DNA from: an uncultured bacterium
GTDB lineage: Bacteria > Actinomycetota > Acidimicrobiia > Spongiisociales > ZC4RG35
Assembly (NCBI GenBank): GCA_963825585.1
Contig: CAWGTX010000006.1
Coordinates: 963,905 to 1,027,904, forward strand
Reading direction: 5' to 3'
Length of the DNA: 64,000 nucleotides
Below, piece by piece: positions 47,131 to 56,038 of this stretch; position 1 is the first letter of the stretch; every line of letters starts with the position of its first letter. The notes under the pieces were generated by a model. The model was not told the DNA's origin, searched no databases, and saw nothing but the letters and a program-made list of their open reading frames with translations. Made by a program: the position numbers and the translations under genes.

Positions 47131-48164
47131 GGCGTCCAGTTCCGCCTCGATCTCGCCGATTCGGTCCGTGTGATGACACCGAGCGAATCCCCCCCGTCCT
47201 CGATCGGAACCTCGGGCGGGACCTGGGTGCGACACAACTGGTCGGCGATCGCACAGCGATCGACGTACACGCATGTCGGCAGAGCCGTCCCGATCTGGGG
47301 GAGGATTCCTGGGATCGTGGCGAGAGCCGCTCGTGTCTTGTGGGCGCCGTGGCGGGGCAGGGATCGCAGCAGACCCACCGTGTAGGGATGCTTGGGGTTG
47401 TCGAACACGTCGCCGCTCGGGCCTTCCTCGACCACTTTGCCGGCGTACATGACACCCACCCGGTCGCACAGCGAACGGATGATGCCGAGGTTGTGAGCGA
47501 TCATGACGACCGCGGCGTCGCTCTCCTGTCGGAGCACCCTCACCAGGTCGAGGACCTCGGCTTCGACGGTTGCGTCGAGACCGGTGGTGGGCTCGTCGAG
47601 CACCAGCAGCTTCGGGTTGCAGGCGAGCGCCATGGCGATGACGACACGCTGCTGCATGCCCCCCGACAACTGGAACGGGTATCTGTCCATCACCCGGGCG
47701 GGGTCGGCGATCCGGACCTTCCGGAGCGCGTCCATGGCCGAGGACCGCGCCTGATCCTTGCTTTCGCCGAGCAGCGTGAAACTCTCGATCACCTGCGTCC
47801 CGATCCGAAGGGTGGGGTTGAGCGCCTGTGCCGGATCCTGGTACACCATCGACGCCTCACGAGCGCGGAACTCCTGCAGCTCCCGGTTCGACATCGCTGT
47901 GACATCGCGCCCTCCCACGCGAACGTGCCCGCTGACGATTCGACCGTTGCGCGGCAGGTAGCGGACGGCGGCGAAGGCCGTTGTCGACTTTCCGCAGCCA
48001 GACTCCCCCACCAGACCGAACGCCTCGCCCGGGGCGACGGTGAACGAAACCCCCCGCAACACCTCGCGGTCTACTCCGCGGACCGTGTACACGACCCTCA
48101 GATCGTCGACCTCGAGCGCGGCCTGCGGCGTGGCGGCGGATCGGTCGATCATCGGGTCGGTCAT
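47076..48164 (-). CDS. ABC transporter ATP-binding protein (OppD/DppD-like NBD)
   Basis: Walker A GESGCGKST, LSGGMQQRV, CxxxxRC C-terminal motif. ATG overlaps the permease stop (ATGA). Confidence 0.8.
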   Translation of the reverse strand: MTDPMIDRSAATPQAALEVDDLRVVYTVRGVDREVLRGVSFTVAPGEAFGLVGESGCGKSTTAFAAVRYLPRNGRIVSGHVRVGGRDVTAMSNRELQEFRAREASMVYQDPAQALNPTLRIGTQVIESFTLLGESKDQARSSAMDALRKVRIADPARVMDRYPFQLSGGMQQRVVIAMALACNPKLLVLDEPTTGLDATVEAEVLDLVRVLRQESDAAVVMIAHNLGIIRSLCDRVGVMYAGKVVEEGPSGDVFDNPKHPYTVGLLRSLPRHGAHKTRAALATIPGILPQIGTALPTCVYVDRCAIADQLCRTQVPPEVPIEDGGDSLGVITRTESARSRRNWTPCRSASFRHRPTGRRSSS

Positions 48165-49069
48165 GAGTCCCCCAATACCGATTGGATGGAGTCGGCGATG
48201 AGGTTCACCGCAACCACCAAACTGGCGATGGCACCCGCCGGGAAGAACGTCGACCACCAGAACCCGGCCACGATCGAGTTGTAGTTGTCGCTGACCTGCG
48301 AGCCCCAGTCGGGTGACGGCGGGGGGGGCCCCGCCCCGAGGAAGGACAGGGTGGCGACGGTGAACACGGCGTAGCCGATCCGGATCGTGAGCTCCACCAC
48401 GATCGGTCCCGTCACGTTGGGGAGGATCTCACGGAACATGATGAACGAACCCGACTCGCCGCGCAGGCGCGCCGAGGTCACATAGTCGAGGTCCCGCTCG
48501 GCGAGAACCGCGGCCCGCACCGTACGGGCCACGATCGGAGTGAACAACGTCGCTACGACACCGATCACCACCCAGTTCGAGTTGCCGAGTGTGGTCACCG
48601 CCAGAAGACCGAGGAGCACGACGGGCAGCGAGATGAAGGCCTCCACTACCCGGCTGGCCAAGACGTCGAAGCGGCCGCGGAGATACCCCATCAGCATCCC
48701 CAGGATGACACCGCCGATGACCCCCAGCAGAGCGGCGAGTGGGGCGATCCTGAGCACGTCGCGTGCGCCTGCGATCACCCTGGAGAACACGTCGCGCCCG
48801 CCCTTGTCGGTACCGAAGAGGTGATCCCATGATGGGGGCTGGTTGAGACCGGCACGGAAGTTCAGCGGGTCGTAGGGGGCGAGGATGTTCGGGAACAGGG
48901 CACAGACCACCCAAACCGTGACGATCACCACCCCGATGATGAACGAAGGCCGGCGTCTGATCTGGCGCCAGCTCTCCTTGCGGGCGAGCTTGCGTTCGCT
49001 CACGCCGATGGCAACGGCCAACGTCTGGGCGTCGTCCTCTCCGGTTCCGGGCAGCGTCGTCTCGCTCAT
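48161..49069 (-). CDS. ABC transporter permease (OppC/DppC-like)
   Basis: Six TM helices; EAA-like loop. Confidence 0.85.
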   Translation of the reverse strand: MSETTLPGTGEDDAQTLAVAIGVSERKLARKESWRQIRRRPSFIIGVVIVTVWVVCALFPNILAPYDPLNFRAGLNQPPSWDHLFGTDKGGRDVFSRVIAGARDVLRIAPLAALLGVIGGVILGMLMGYLRGRFDVLASRVVEAFISLPVVLLGLLAVTTLGNSNWVVIGVVATLFTPIVARTVRAAVLAERDLDYVTSARLRGESGSFIMFREILPNVTGPIVVELTIRIGYAVFTVATLSFLGAGPPPPSPDWGSQVSDNYNSIVAGFWWSTFFPAGAIASLVVAVNLIADSIQSVLGDS

Positions 49070-50049
49070 CGGTCACCGTCCAGTCGGATTCGGGGATTGA
49101 GGTAGGCGATCATCAGGTCGGCCAGCAGTGTGGACAGCATGTAGATCATCCCCACCATCAGAACCGAGGCCTGAAGCACGGGGATGTCCTTCTTGCCCAC
49201 CGCGTTGAGCATCATGGTGCCAAGCCCCGGGTAGTTGAACACCTTCTCGACGCCGACGATGCCGCCGAAGAGGTATCCGATCTGAACGCTGATCACCGTG
49301 ATGGTGGGGGCGAGGGCGTTGCGAAGGACGTGGCGTCGCATCACCTGCCCCGAATCCATGCCCTTCATGGTCGCCGTCCGGGTGTAGTCGGCATGGAGGG
49401 CACCGATCACACCAGCCCTCGTCATCCGGGCGATGTACCCGAAATACGACACCACCATCGCCATCGCCGGAAGCAACAGGAACTCGAGCTGCCCGATCAG
49501 GCTCGTGCCTTCGGGCACATTGGCGTACACACTGCCCACCTGGAGCTGCACGGCGAACACCGCCAGCAACACCGATGCCGTGACGAACTCCGGGACCGAG
49601 GTCGATGCCAGGCCGATGTTCACCATGACACGATCGGCGAGGCGATCCTGGCGCCGCGCCGCGTAGATGCCCGCCGCAAGCGAGATGGGAATGGTGATGA
49701 CGAAGGCCAGGATGGCCAGCTTCGCCGATCGGCCCAACGCCGGGAGCAACAGGTCCACCGCCGGCCCCCCGGTCTGGAACGACTCGCCGAAGTCGAGCGT
49801 GAACACACGTCGCAACGACTCCACGTACTGCTCCGGCAACGGGCGATCGGTACCCAAGCGGGTGTTGAACGCCGCCACGTCTTCAGCGTTCGCCGTCGGC
49901 CCGAGCACCCGCCGCCCCACGTCCCCGGGCAACACGTTGACCAGCACGAAGACGATCGTGGCCAACAGCCACAACGTGATGAGGATCGACCCGACTCGTC
50001 TCAGGAGGAAACGGGGCACGGCCTCAGACCGCCACGTGCCGTACGCCAT
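49066..50049 (-). CDS. ABC transporter permease (OppB/DppB-like)
   Basis: BPD_transp_1 fold. ATGA coupling with the next gene. Confidence 0.85.
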   Translation of the reverse strand: MAYGTWRSEAVPRFLLRRVGSILITLWLLATIVFVLVNVLPGDVGRRVLGPTANAEDVAAFNTRLGTDRPLPEQYVESLRRVFTLDFGESFQTGGPAVDLLLPALGRSAKLAILAFVITIPISLAAGIYAARRQDRLADRVMVNIGLASTSVPEFVTASVLLAVFAVQLQVGSVYANVPEGTSLIGQLEFLLLPAMAMVVSYFGYIARMTRAGVIGALHADYTRTATMKGMDSGQVMRRHVLRNALAPTITVISVQIGYLFGGIVGVEKVFNYPGLGTMMLNAVGKKDIPVLQASVLMVGMIYMLSTLLADLMIAYLNPRIRLDGDR

Positions 50050-50103
50050 GGTCCGACCATGTCATACGACCTGTCGCAGGTGGCCGGAGGCCGTGCCGAC
50101 GCT

Positions 50104-51753
50104 TCATGCCGTGAAGCCCGCCGAGCCGAGGTAGTAGTGCCCCAGCCCAGTGTGAACGACTCCCACCACGTTGTTGGCGTACGCCGTGAGCGTGTTGTAG
50201 AAGTAGGGGATCACGTACGGGATGTCGCGGTGGGCGATCTCCTGAACCGGCTTGATCGCTTCCTTCCGCTCGTCGAGCGTCACCGACGCCTGGTACGCAG
50301 CCACGGCGGCATTGAACTCCTCGGAGTTGTAGTGAGCCGAGTTCCACTCCCCGGTGGCGTAGGCCTTCACCAGGTACACGTCGGGAGTGGCGCGGTTGCC
50401 GTAGTCGACGATGCCGAACTCCTCGCCGCCGTCGCATCCGGCCGGTTCGTTGGTGGAGTCGTACACCGCACACCACCGGTCGTAGAACGTGGATGTGCTC
50501 TCGACGTTGAGTGTGATGTTCATCCCGATCTCGGCGAGTTGGGACTGCACCACCTCCGCCAGCAGGGCGATCTCCTGCAGCTCAGGCGCGTGGAGGGTCA
50601 GTGAGATCCCGGCCGCTCCGGCCTCCTCGAGCAGCGCCATCGCCCGTTCGATGTCACGTTGGCGCTGCGGCTGGCTCGCATCGAAGAACTCGTAGGCCGG
50701 TGAGATCGGATGGTCGTTTCCGATGTCGCCTCGTCCCTGCAGCACCGTGTCCACCAGGGCCTGACGGTCGATCCCGAGGGCGACCGCTTCCCGGATCTTG
50801 GCGCCGTTCTCTCCTGCGAACGTCCCTTCACGGACGTTGAACCAGATCTGGCGGTGACCGGCACCCGAGATCGAGTCGACGGTGACGTCGGGATTGGCGA
50901 AGATCGCCTCCGAGTCGCTGACTCCGAACTGGATGACGGCGTCGGCCTGGCCGCCGAGGAGACCGTTGATCTGGGTGGCGTTGTCGTCCGAGAAGATCAA
51001 CTCGACGCCTTCGAACGCCACCTGGCCGCCCCACCACTCGTCGAACCGCACGTATTTGGCCCCGGTGGCCAGGTCATAGGACTCGAGCTTGAAGGCGCTG
51101 GTGCCGTCGGGCGCCTGATCGAAGAACGTGCCCAGAGCGAAGCTCGCCGGGGTGATGCACGACTGCGGGTTGTACGGTGACACTTGGTAGGGGAACTGAC
51201 CGTCGGGGGCGTTGAGCGTGACCTCGACGGTGTAGTCGTCGACCGCCACGGCGGAACCCGGGGCGATGTAGGCCGCGAGATTCGTTGGCGCCAGCCGATC
51301 GAGGGTGGCGACGACATCGGCAGCCGTGAAGTCGTTGCCGCTGTGCCATTTCACGCCCTGCCGAAGCGTGAACGTCCACACGCTCCCATCGTCGTTCGGT
51401 GCCCACTCCTCGGCCAGCATCGGAGCGAGAGCGAAACCCTCACCGGGTCCGCACAGGTATTCCATCGACATCACTACCGGCGTGTACGACCCGATGTTGT
51501 CCATGGCGACCGGATCGAGCGGGCTGCCAGGCCGCTGGGCTGCGATCCGCAGCACACCGCCAGGGATGATCCCACCGGCTGCTCCTGGTGCGGTGGTGGC
51601 CGAGGACCCGTCGGCGGTGGTGTCCGAACCACCGGTTGACCCAGCGGTCGTATCCGACGAACCGTCACCACCGCAAGCGGCGATGACCGAGCCCAGGAAC
51701 GGGACCGAGAGGCCCACCACGGTGCCGCGGCGCAGGAACTCGCGCCGGCTCAT
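50104..51753 (-). CDS. ABC transporter substrate-binding protein, family 5 (Dpp/Opp/Nik-like), Tat-type signal plus lipobox
   Basis: MSRREFLRRGTVVGL...IAACGG; SBP_bac_5 body. AAGGGGAA SD. Confidence 0.85.
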   Translation of the reverse strand: MSRREFLRRGTVVGLSVPFLGSVIAACGGDGSSDTTAGSTGGSDTTADGSSATTAPGAAGGIIPGGVLRIAAQRPGSPLDPVAMDNIGSYTPVVMSMEYLCGPGEGFALAPMLAEEWAPNDDGSVWTFTLRQGVKWHSGNDFTAADVVATLDRLAPTNLAAYIAPGSAVAVDDYTVEVTLNAPDGQFPYQVSPYNPQSCITPASFALGTFFDQAPDGTSAFKLESYDLATGAKYVRFDEWWGGQVAFEGVELIFSDDNATQINGLLGGQADAVIQFGVSDSEAIFANPDVTVDSISGAGHRQIWFNVREGTFAGENGAKIREAVALGIDRQALVDTVLQGRGDIGNDHPISPAYEFFDASQPQRQRDIERAMALLEEAGAAGISLTLHAPELQEIALLAEVVQSQLAEIGMNITLNVESTSTFYDRWCAVYDSTNEPAGCDGGEEFGIVDYGNRATPDVYLVKAYATGEWNSAHYNSEEFNAAVAAYQASVTLDERKEAIKPVQEIAHRDIPYVIPYFYNTLTAYANNVVGVVHTGLGHYYLGSAGFTA

Positions 51754-51920
51754 GTTCCCCTTGGTATACGACTCGACGACGTCCATTTGGACTTGCGATT
51801 CGATCTGCCGACCCTTGTTCAAGCGTTTGAAGTCCATTGAATGGTCCTTTCACGGTTCGTTCGACCCAGCCCAGCGGCGAGAACAGTACAACTCCGCCGT
51901 TCGCCGCGCACGGTGGTTCC

Positions 51921-51955
51921 ACGATGTGGCACGCACGCTCTTACGATGTGGCACG
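51921..51955. promoter_or_regulatory. Two 13-bp direct repeats (acgatgtggcacg) 22 bp apart in the promoter region of the SBP operon, downstream of the TetR gene
   Basis: Read directly: acgatgtggcacg-cacgctctt-acgatgtggcacg. Confidence 0.45.
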
Positions 51956-51967
51956 GAGTCGAGCCAA

Positions 51968-52579
51968 TCACGGTGTCCGACGCTCGACGTACGCTGAGAC
52001 CGCCGCCTGGTCCGGGGTCGACCCCGTATACGCGGCGACGTAGTCACCTGCGTAGGACAGCCTCGACTCCAGCGACTCCCCCAAATCCAACGCGTAGTAT
52101 CCGATCTGGCTGAAGTACAACACTCTGGCCCGCACGAAGGCATCACGGCTCTCGAACCCGTGCCGTTCGAACATCGATGTGATGGCCGCAAGCCTGGAAT
52201 CGTCAGCCGACCGCACTGCCTCCTGGATCTCTCGTGAACGTCGAGCCCACTCCCGGATCGCGAAGTCCAATCTGGCGTCGAACAGCGAGACGTCCGTCCA
52301 GCACTCGAACACCGCCAACACCGCCCCGGTGATGTCGTCGGTCCGCCGGGCAGCGTGCTCGACCACCGTGCGGGTGTTGGTGTTCTGCCAGTGCTCCAGA
52401 AGCACCTCGAGCAACTGGTCGCGGTTGGTGAAGTACCAATAGAAGCTCGACCGCGCCACCTCGAGGCGTTCGGCGAGCGGCAGGATCTTCACTGCCTCCA
52501 CACCGTGCTCGACGAGCACATCCAGGGCGGCGGCGATCCAGTCGTCCCGGGTGGCCTTGATCTGAGGAACGCCCACCAT
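51968..52579 (-). CDS. TetR-family transcriptional regulator
   Basis: HTH LAERLEVARSSFYWYFTNRDQLL. Confidence 0.85.
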   Translation of the reverse strand: MVGVPQIKATRDDWIAAALDVLVEHGVEAVKILPLAERLEVARSSFYWYFTNRDQLLEVLLEHWQNTNTRTVVEHAARRTDDITGAVLAVFECWTDVSLFDARLDFAIREWARRSREIQEAVRSADDSRLAAITSMFERHGFESRDAFVRARVLYFSQIGYYALDLGESLESRLSYAGDYVAAYTGSTPDQAAVSAYVERRTP

Positions 52580-52690
52580 CCCGGTCGATCTTGGCCGAGG
52601 ACACCACCAATGTCCAGCGAAGCGCCAACCGTTGTCCTCTCTGGATCGACTCTGGCAGGCACGCTACCCGCCGACCATGATTCGAACACG

Positions 52691-53845
52691 ATGGCCACAA
52701 CGATCGCCCGCATCACCGCAACGCCCGTGAACGTTCCCATGGTCGCCCCCTACCGGTTTGCGTTCGGGTGGATGACGAACTTCACGACCACGATCATCGA
52801 GGTGGAGGATGCCGACGGCGCCGTCGGCATCGGCGAGTCTCCGCACGGAGATCTCTCAGGGTCGGTGGAGAGACTCGCCGAACACCTCCTCGGCCGACCG
52901 GTCGACGACGCCAACGGAAACGAGAGGGTCAGCCTGCCCGCGCATGGGTTCAGCGTGTGGCAGGACGGGGCCGCCGATCGTCGCGCCTTCGGAGGGATCG
53001 AGATCGCGCTGTTCGATCTTCGCGCACGGCGCCAGAATCGCCCGCTGGTGGACCTCCTCGGAGGGCGGGTCCGCGACCAGGTGGCCTTCACCGAGTACTT
53101 CGCCCTTCGGGAGGGCGCCGAGGAGACGCCTGCTCAGCTCATCGACTACTGCGTTCGAATGGCGAACGAGCACGGATCGCCCTGGTTCGAGGGCAAACTC
53201 GGCGTCCTCGACGTCGAGACGGAGATGAGCATGGTCGCCGGCCTGGTCTCGGCGCTCGGTCCTGGCGTGGTGACCCGCCTCGACGCCAACGGGGCCTACA
53301 CCGTACCCACCGCCCGTCAGGTGATCCCCCGTCTGGCCGACCAGGGGATCGGTTGGCTCGAGGACCCGTGCCGCAGCCTCGACGAGATGGCCGCTCTCCG
53401 GGCCGACGGCGTGCCGATCAGCTTCTCCACCCACGAGGCCGACTTCACCGGTGCCGCCCGCCGAGGCGTCCCCGACGGGTTCTGCCTCGACATCGCAGAG
53501 CTCGGCGGCATCCGCCGAACCCAGGACTTCCTGCGGGCCTGTGCGCTCATCGGCACCGACTTCTGGTGTTACTCGGGCGACGCCGGGATCATGACCGCCG
53601 CCTATCTCCACCTCACGGCGTCCGAGCCGTCGATGATCCGACCGCACCAGTCGCTGTTTCGATTCACCGGGGATGTGGCTATCGAGCAGGGCCACTACTC
53701 GCCAACGGCGGGACTGCTCGAACTCCCCGACGGACCCGGCCTCGGCGTGACGATCGATCGCTCGGCACTGGCACGGATGCACCACCGGTACCTTTCCGAG
53801 GGGTCGATGGGGTCGGGCTACGGCGAGGGCTACCGACGCTGGTGA
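52691..53845 (+). CDS. Enolase-superfamily (mandelate racemase/muconate lactonising enzyme family) protein
   Basis: Start MATTIARITATPVNVPMV; MR/MLE N- and C-domain pattern. Divergent from the TetR gene. Upstream alternative ATG at 52610. Confidence 0.8.
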   Translation: MATTIARITATPVNVPMVAPYRFAFGWMTNFTTTIIEVEDADGAVGIGESPHGDLSGSVERLAEHLLGRPVDDANGNERVSLPAHGFSVWQDGAADRRAFGGIEIALFDLRARRQNRPLVDLLGGRVRDQVAFTEYFALREGAEETPAQLIDYCVRMANEHGSPWFEGKLGVLDVETEMSMVAGLVSALGPGVVTRLDANGAYTVPTARQVIPRLADQGIGWLEDPCRSLDEMAALRADGVPISFSTHEADFTGAARRGVPDGFCLDIAELGGIRRTQDFLRACALIGTDFWCYSGDAGIMTAAYLHLTASEPSMIRPHQSLFRFTGDVAIEQGHYSPTAGLLELPDGPGLGVTIDRSALARMHHRYLSEGSMGSGYGEGYRRW

Positions 53846-53950
53846 CTTCACAGGTCAACGAGGTCAAGCGACGAGTCGACGAGCGACGAGCGACGAGCGA
53901 CGAGCGACGAGCGACGAGCGACGAAGCAATCCTCCGCCCTCCTCCGCCCT
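53841..53950. repeat. Composite repeat: degenerate GTCAAC-type units (locus D), then 7-bp microsatellite (CGACGAG) about 8 copies (53869..53925), then 10-bp direct duplicate cctccgccct x2
   Basis: ggtgacttcacaggtcaacgaggtcaagcg acgagt cgacgag x6 cgacgaa gc aat cctccgccct cctccgccct. Confidence 0.9.
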
Positions 53951-54133
53951 CCTATGGTGATGCCCAGGGGGGACGACCCCCCTTCAACCCCCCGCCGGTG
54001 CTGGTCTGCGGCCTCCGCCTTGCGGGCCGGTGGTGGCTGAGGTATCGGGGGCAGCGGTTGCCACGTTCCGGATTCCGGGCCTCCGGCCTCTGGCCGCCTG
54101 CTTCGAGCATACTTCTGATGCCCTCCTCCGCCT

Positions 54134-54841
54134 TTACCCCACCCGGAGCCACGCCCTGCGGGCGGCGAGGTAGGTGACTGCCGAGAACCCGAGGTGAGCC
54201 AGCCACGGTGCGATCAGGCTCCCCGACCTGGCTCTCAGCCGGTCGAACAGGAGACCGGCGACGGTGGTGATGGCGACACCGGCCACCGTTGCCGCCGTCC
54301 GCTCACCGACCAGGGTCTCGCTCCTGCCTCCGGCCATGTCGGGATACAGGCGGGCGGTGGGGAGGATGTGCCACGCTCCGAACGCCACGGCCGTCACCGT
54401 CCGAGCGGTTCGCTCACCTGATCGCCGGGTCCAGAGGGCGTTGAGCACCCCCCGAAAGGCCACCTCCTCGTACAGGGCGGTACCGAGCGGGAACCTGATC
54501 AGGAGCTGCCGAGCGGCGTCGGCCCGACCGTGCCCGCGGGCCCGACCATCGAGCAGCAGCCGGGAAAGCCGTGGAGACGCCTCCGCCACCGAGGTTGCCA
54601 GGGCCGTGGCCGCCACCGTGCCGGCACCCATCAGCAGTCCCCGACCGAGATCTCCCCGGGTCAACCCCAGCTCGGCGCAGGACACACCCGACCGGCGGGC
54701 GTACGCCACCAGGCCGGCAGTGACGGCCAGGTTGGCGGGAACGTACCAACGCTCCGCGACCACCAGGTTCTGGACGGCGTTGTAGGTGCCCACCGCCGCC
54801 AGCGCAACCGAGGCCGGGTCCGGGGTCACAGACCGGGTCAT
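54134..54841 (-). CDS. CPBP-family (CAAX) intramembrane metalloprotease
   Basis: EEVAFRGVL...FGAWH motifs. ATG overlaps the upstream stop (ATGA). Confidence 0.75.
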   Translation of the reverse strand: MTRSVTPDPASVALAAVGTYNAVQNLVVAERWYVPANLAVTAGLVAYARRSGVSCAELGLTRGDLGRGLLMGAGTVAATALATSVAEASPRLSRLLLDGRARGHGRADAARQLLIRFPLGTALYEEVAFRGVLNALWTRRSGERTARTVTAVAFGAWHILPTARLYPDMAGGRSETLVGERTAATVAGVAITTVAGLLFDRLRARSGSLIAPWLAHLGFSAVTYLAARRAWLRVG

Positions 54842-55920
54842 CGGTACCTGGGCGACCCTCGCTCGGCCAGCAGGCGATCGACCCGCCGCTGGGCGGCGAC
54901 CAGCGGCGGCACGTCGTGGGCATCGGCATCGACGAGGATCTCGGCGACGCGGGGCCCGATTCTGCCCACCTCCCGCATCAGCACCTCGATGTCGCGCACA
55001 CCCTGGCTCATGCGGGTCACGGCGAACGCGCCCCCGGCGTTGATGATGTAGTCGGGGACCACCACGATCCCGGTGTCGTGCGCCCGATTGGCGTCGTCGG
55101 GCGTTGCGAACTGGTTGTTGGCCGACCCGGCCACGATGGAACACCGCAACCGGCTGATGACGTCGGCACAGAGCGTTCCCCCCAACGCGCACGGGGCGTA
55201 GACGTCGCACTCGGTGTCATAGATGTGGTCGACGTCGACCGGGGTGGCGTTCCATCTGGCTTTCGCCGCCGCGGTCCGCTGCGGGTCGATGTCGGAAACG
55301 AGCAGGTCGGCGCCACGCCGGACGAGTTCGTCGACCAGTGGACCTCCCACGTCACCCAGGCCCTGGACCAGGATCGATACGCCCGCCAGCCCGCGCCCCT
55401 GGACAACGTCGACGGCTGCCTCGATCCCGGCGGCCACGCCATGGGCGGTGAAGATCCCCGGATCAGGAGCATCGCCGTCGACTGCTCCCACCACCCACCG
55501 GGTGTGCCGGGCGACCATCGCCATCCGATCGGGACCCATTCCGACGTCGGGGCCGGTTGCGAATGCCCCGCGGAGCGACTCGAGGAGTCGACCGTAGCGT
55601 GCGAAGAGTTCCGGCAGCTCGGAGTCGAGAGGTGGTCGTTCGAGGGCGATCACCGCCTTTCCGCCCCCCTGGTCCATTCCCACACCGGCCCATTTGTAGG
55701 TCATGCCCTCAGCCAGGCGCATGGCGTCCGCCAGCCCCTCACCGGGAGATGCGTACACCTTCATCCGTGTGCCGCCGGCGGCGGGGCCCAGCGTGGTGTC
55801 GTGGATCGCTACGAACATCCAAGAGCCGGTCTCGGTGTCGTACCGGGTGACGACCGAATCCCCGTTCCAGGCTGCGATGAGGCCGGCGATGGAGTCACTC
55901 ACCCGCCGAACGATAGACAC
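54838..55920 (-). CDS. Glu/Leu/Phe/Val dehydrogenase family (leucine dehydrogenase-like)
   Basis: AIHDTTLGPAAGGTRM...GGGK..., Rossmann GLGDVGG. GTG start with AGGA SD. Confidence 0.8.
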   Translation of the reverse strand: MSIVRRVSDSIAGLIAAWNGDSVVTRYDTETGSWMFVAIHDTTLGPAAGGTRMKVYASPGEGLADAMRLAEGMTYKWAGVGMDQGGGKAVIALERPPLDSELPELFARYGRLLESLRGAFATGPDVGMGPDRMAMVARHTRWVVGAVDGDAPDPGIFTAHGVAAGIEAAVDVVQGRGLAGVSILVQGLGDVGGPLVDELVRRGADLLVSDIDPQRTAAAKARWNATPVDVDHIYDTECDVYAPCALGGTLCADVISRLRCSIVAGSANNQFATPDDANRAHDTGIVVVPDYIINAGGAFAVTRMSQGVRDIEVLMREVGRIGPRVAEILVDADAHDVPPLVAAQRRVDRLLAERGSPRYR

Positions 55921-56038
55921 GCTGTCCTGGACCGCACCCGTGCTCCGGCGACGGCAGCGTTGCATGGATGGGAACGGTGGAGCACGGTCCCCCGTCCGCT
56001 GTACACACGTGTCGAGATCTGCGATATTCTCGCCTCCG

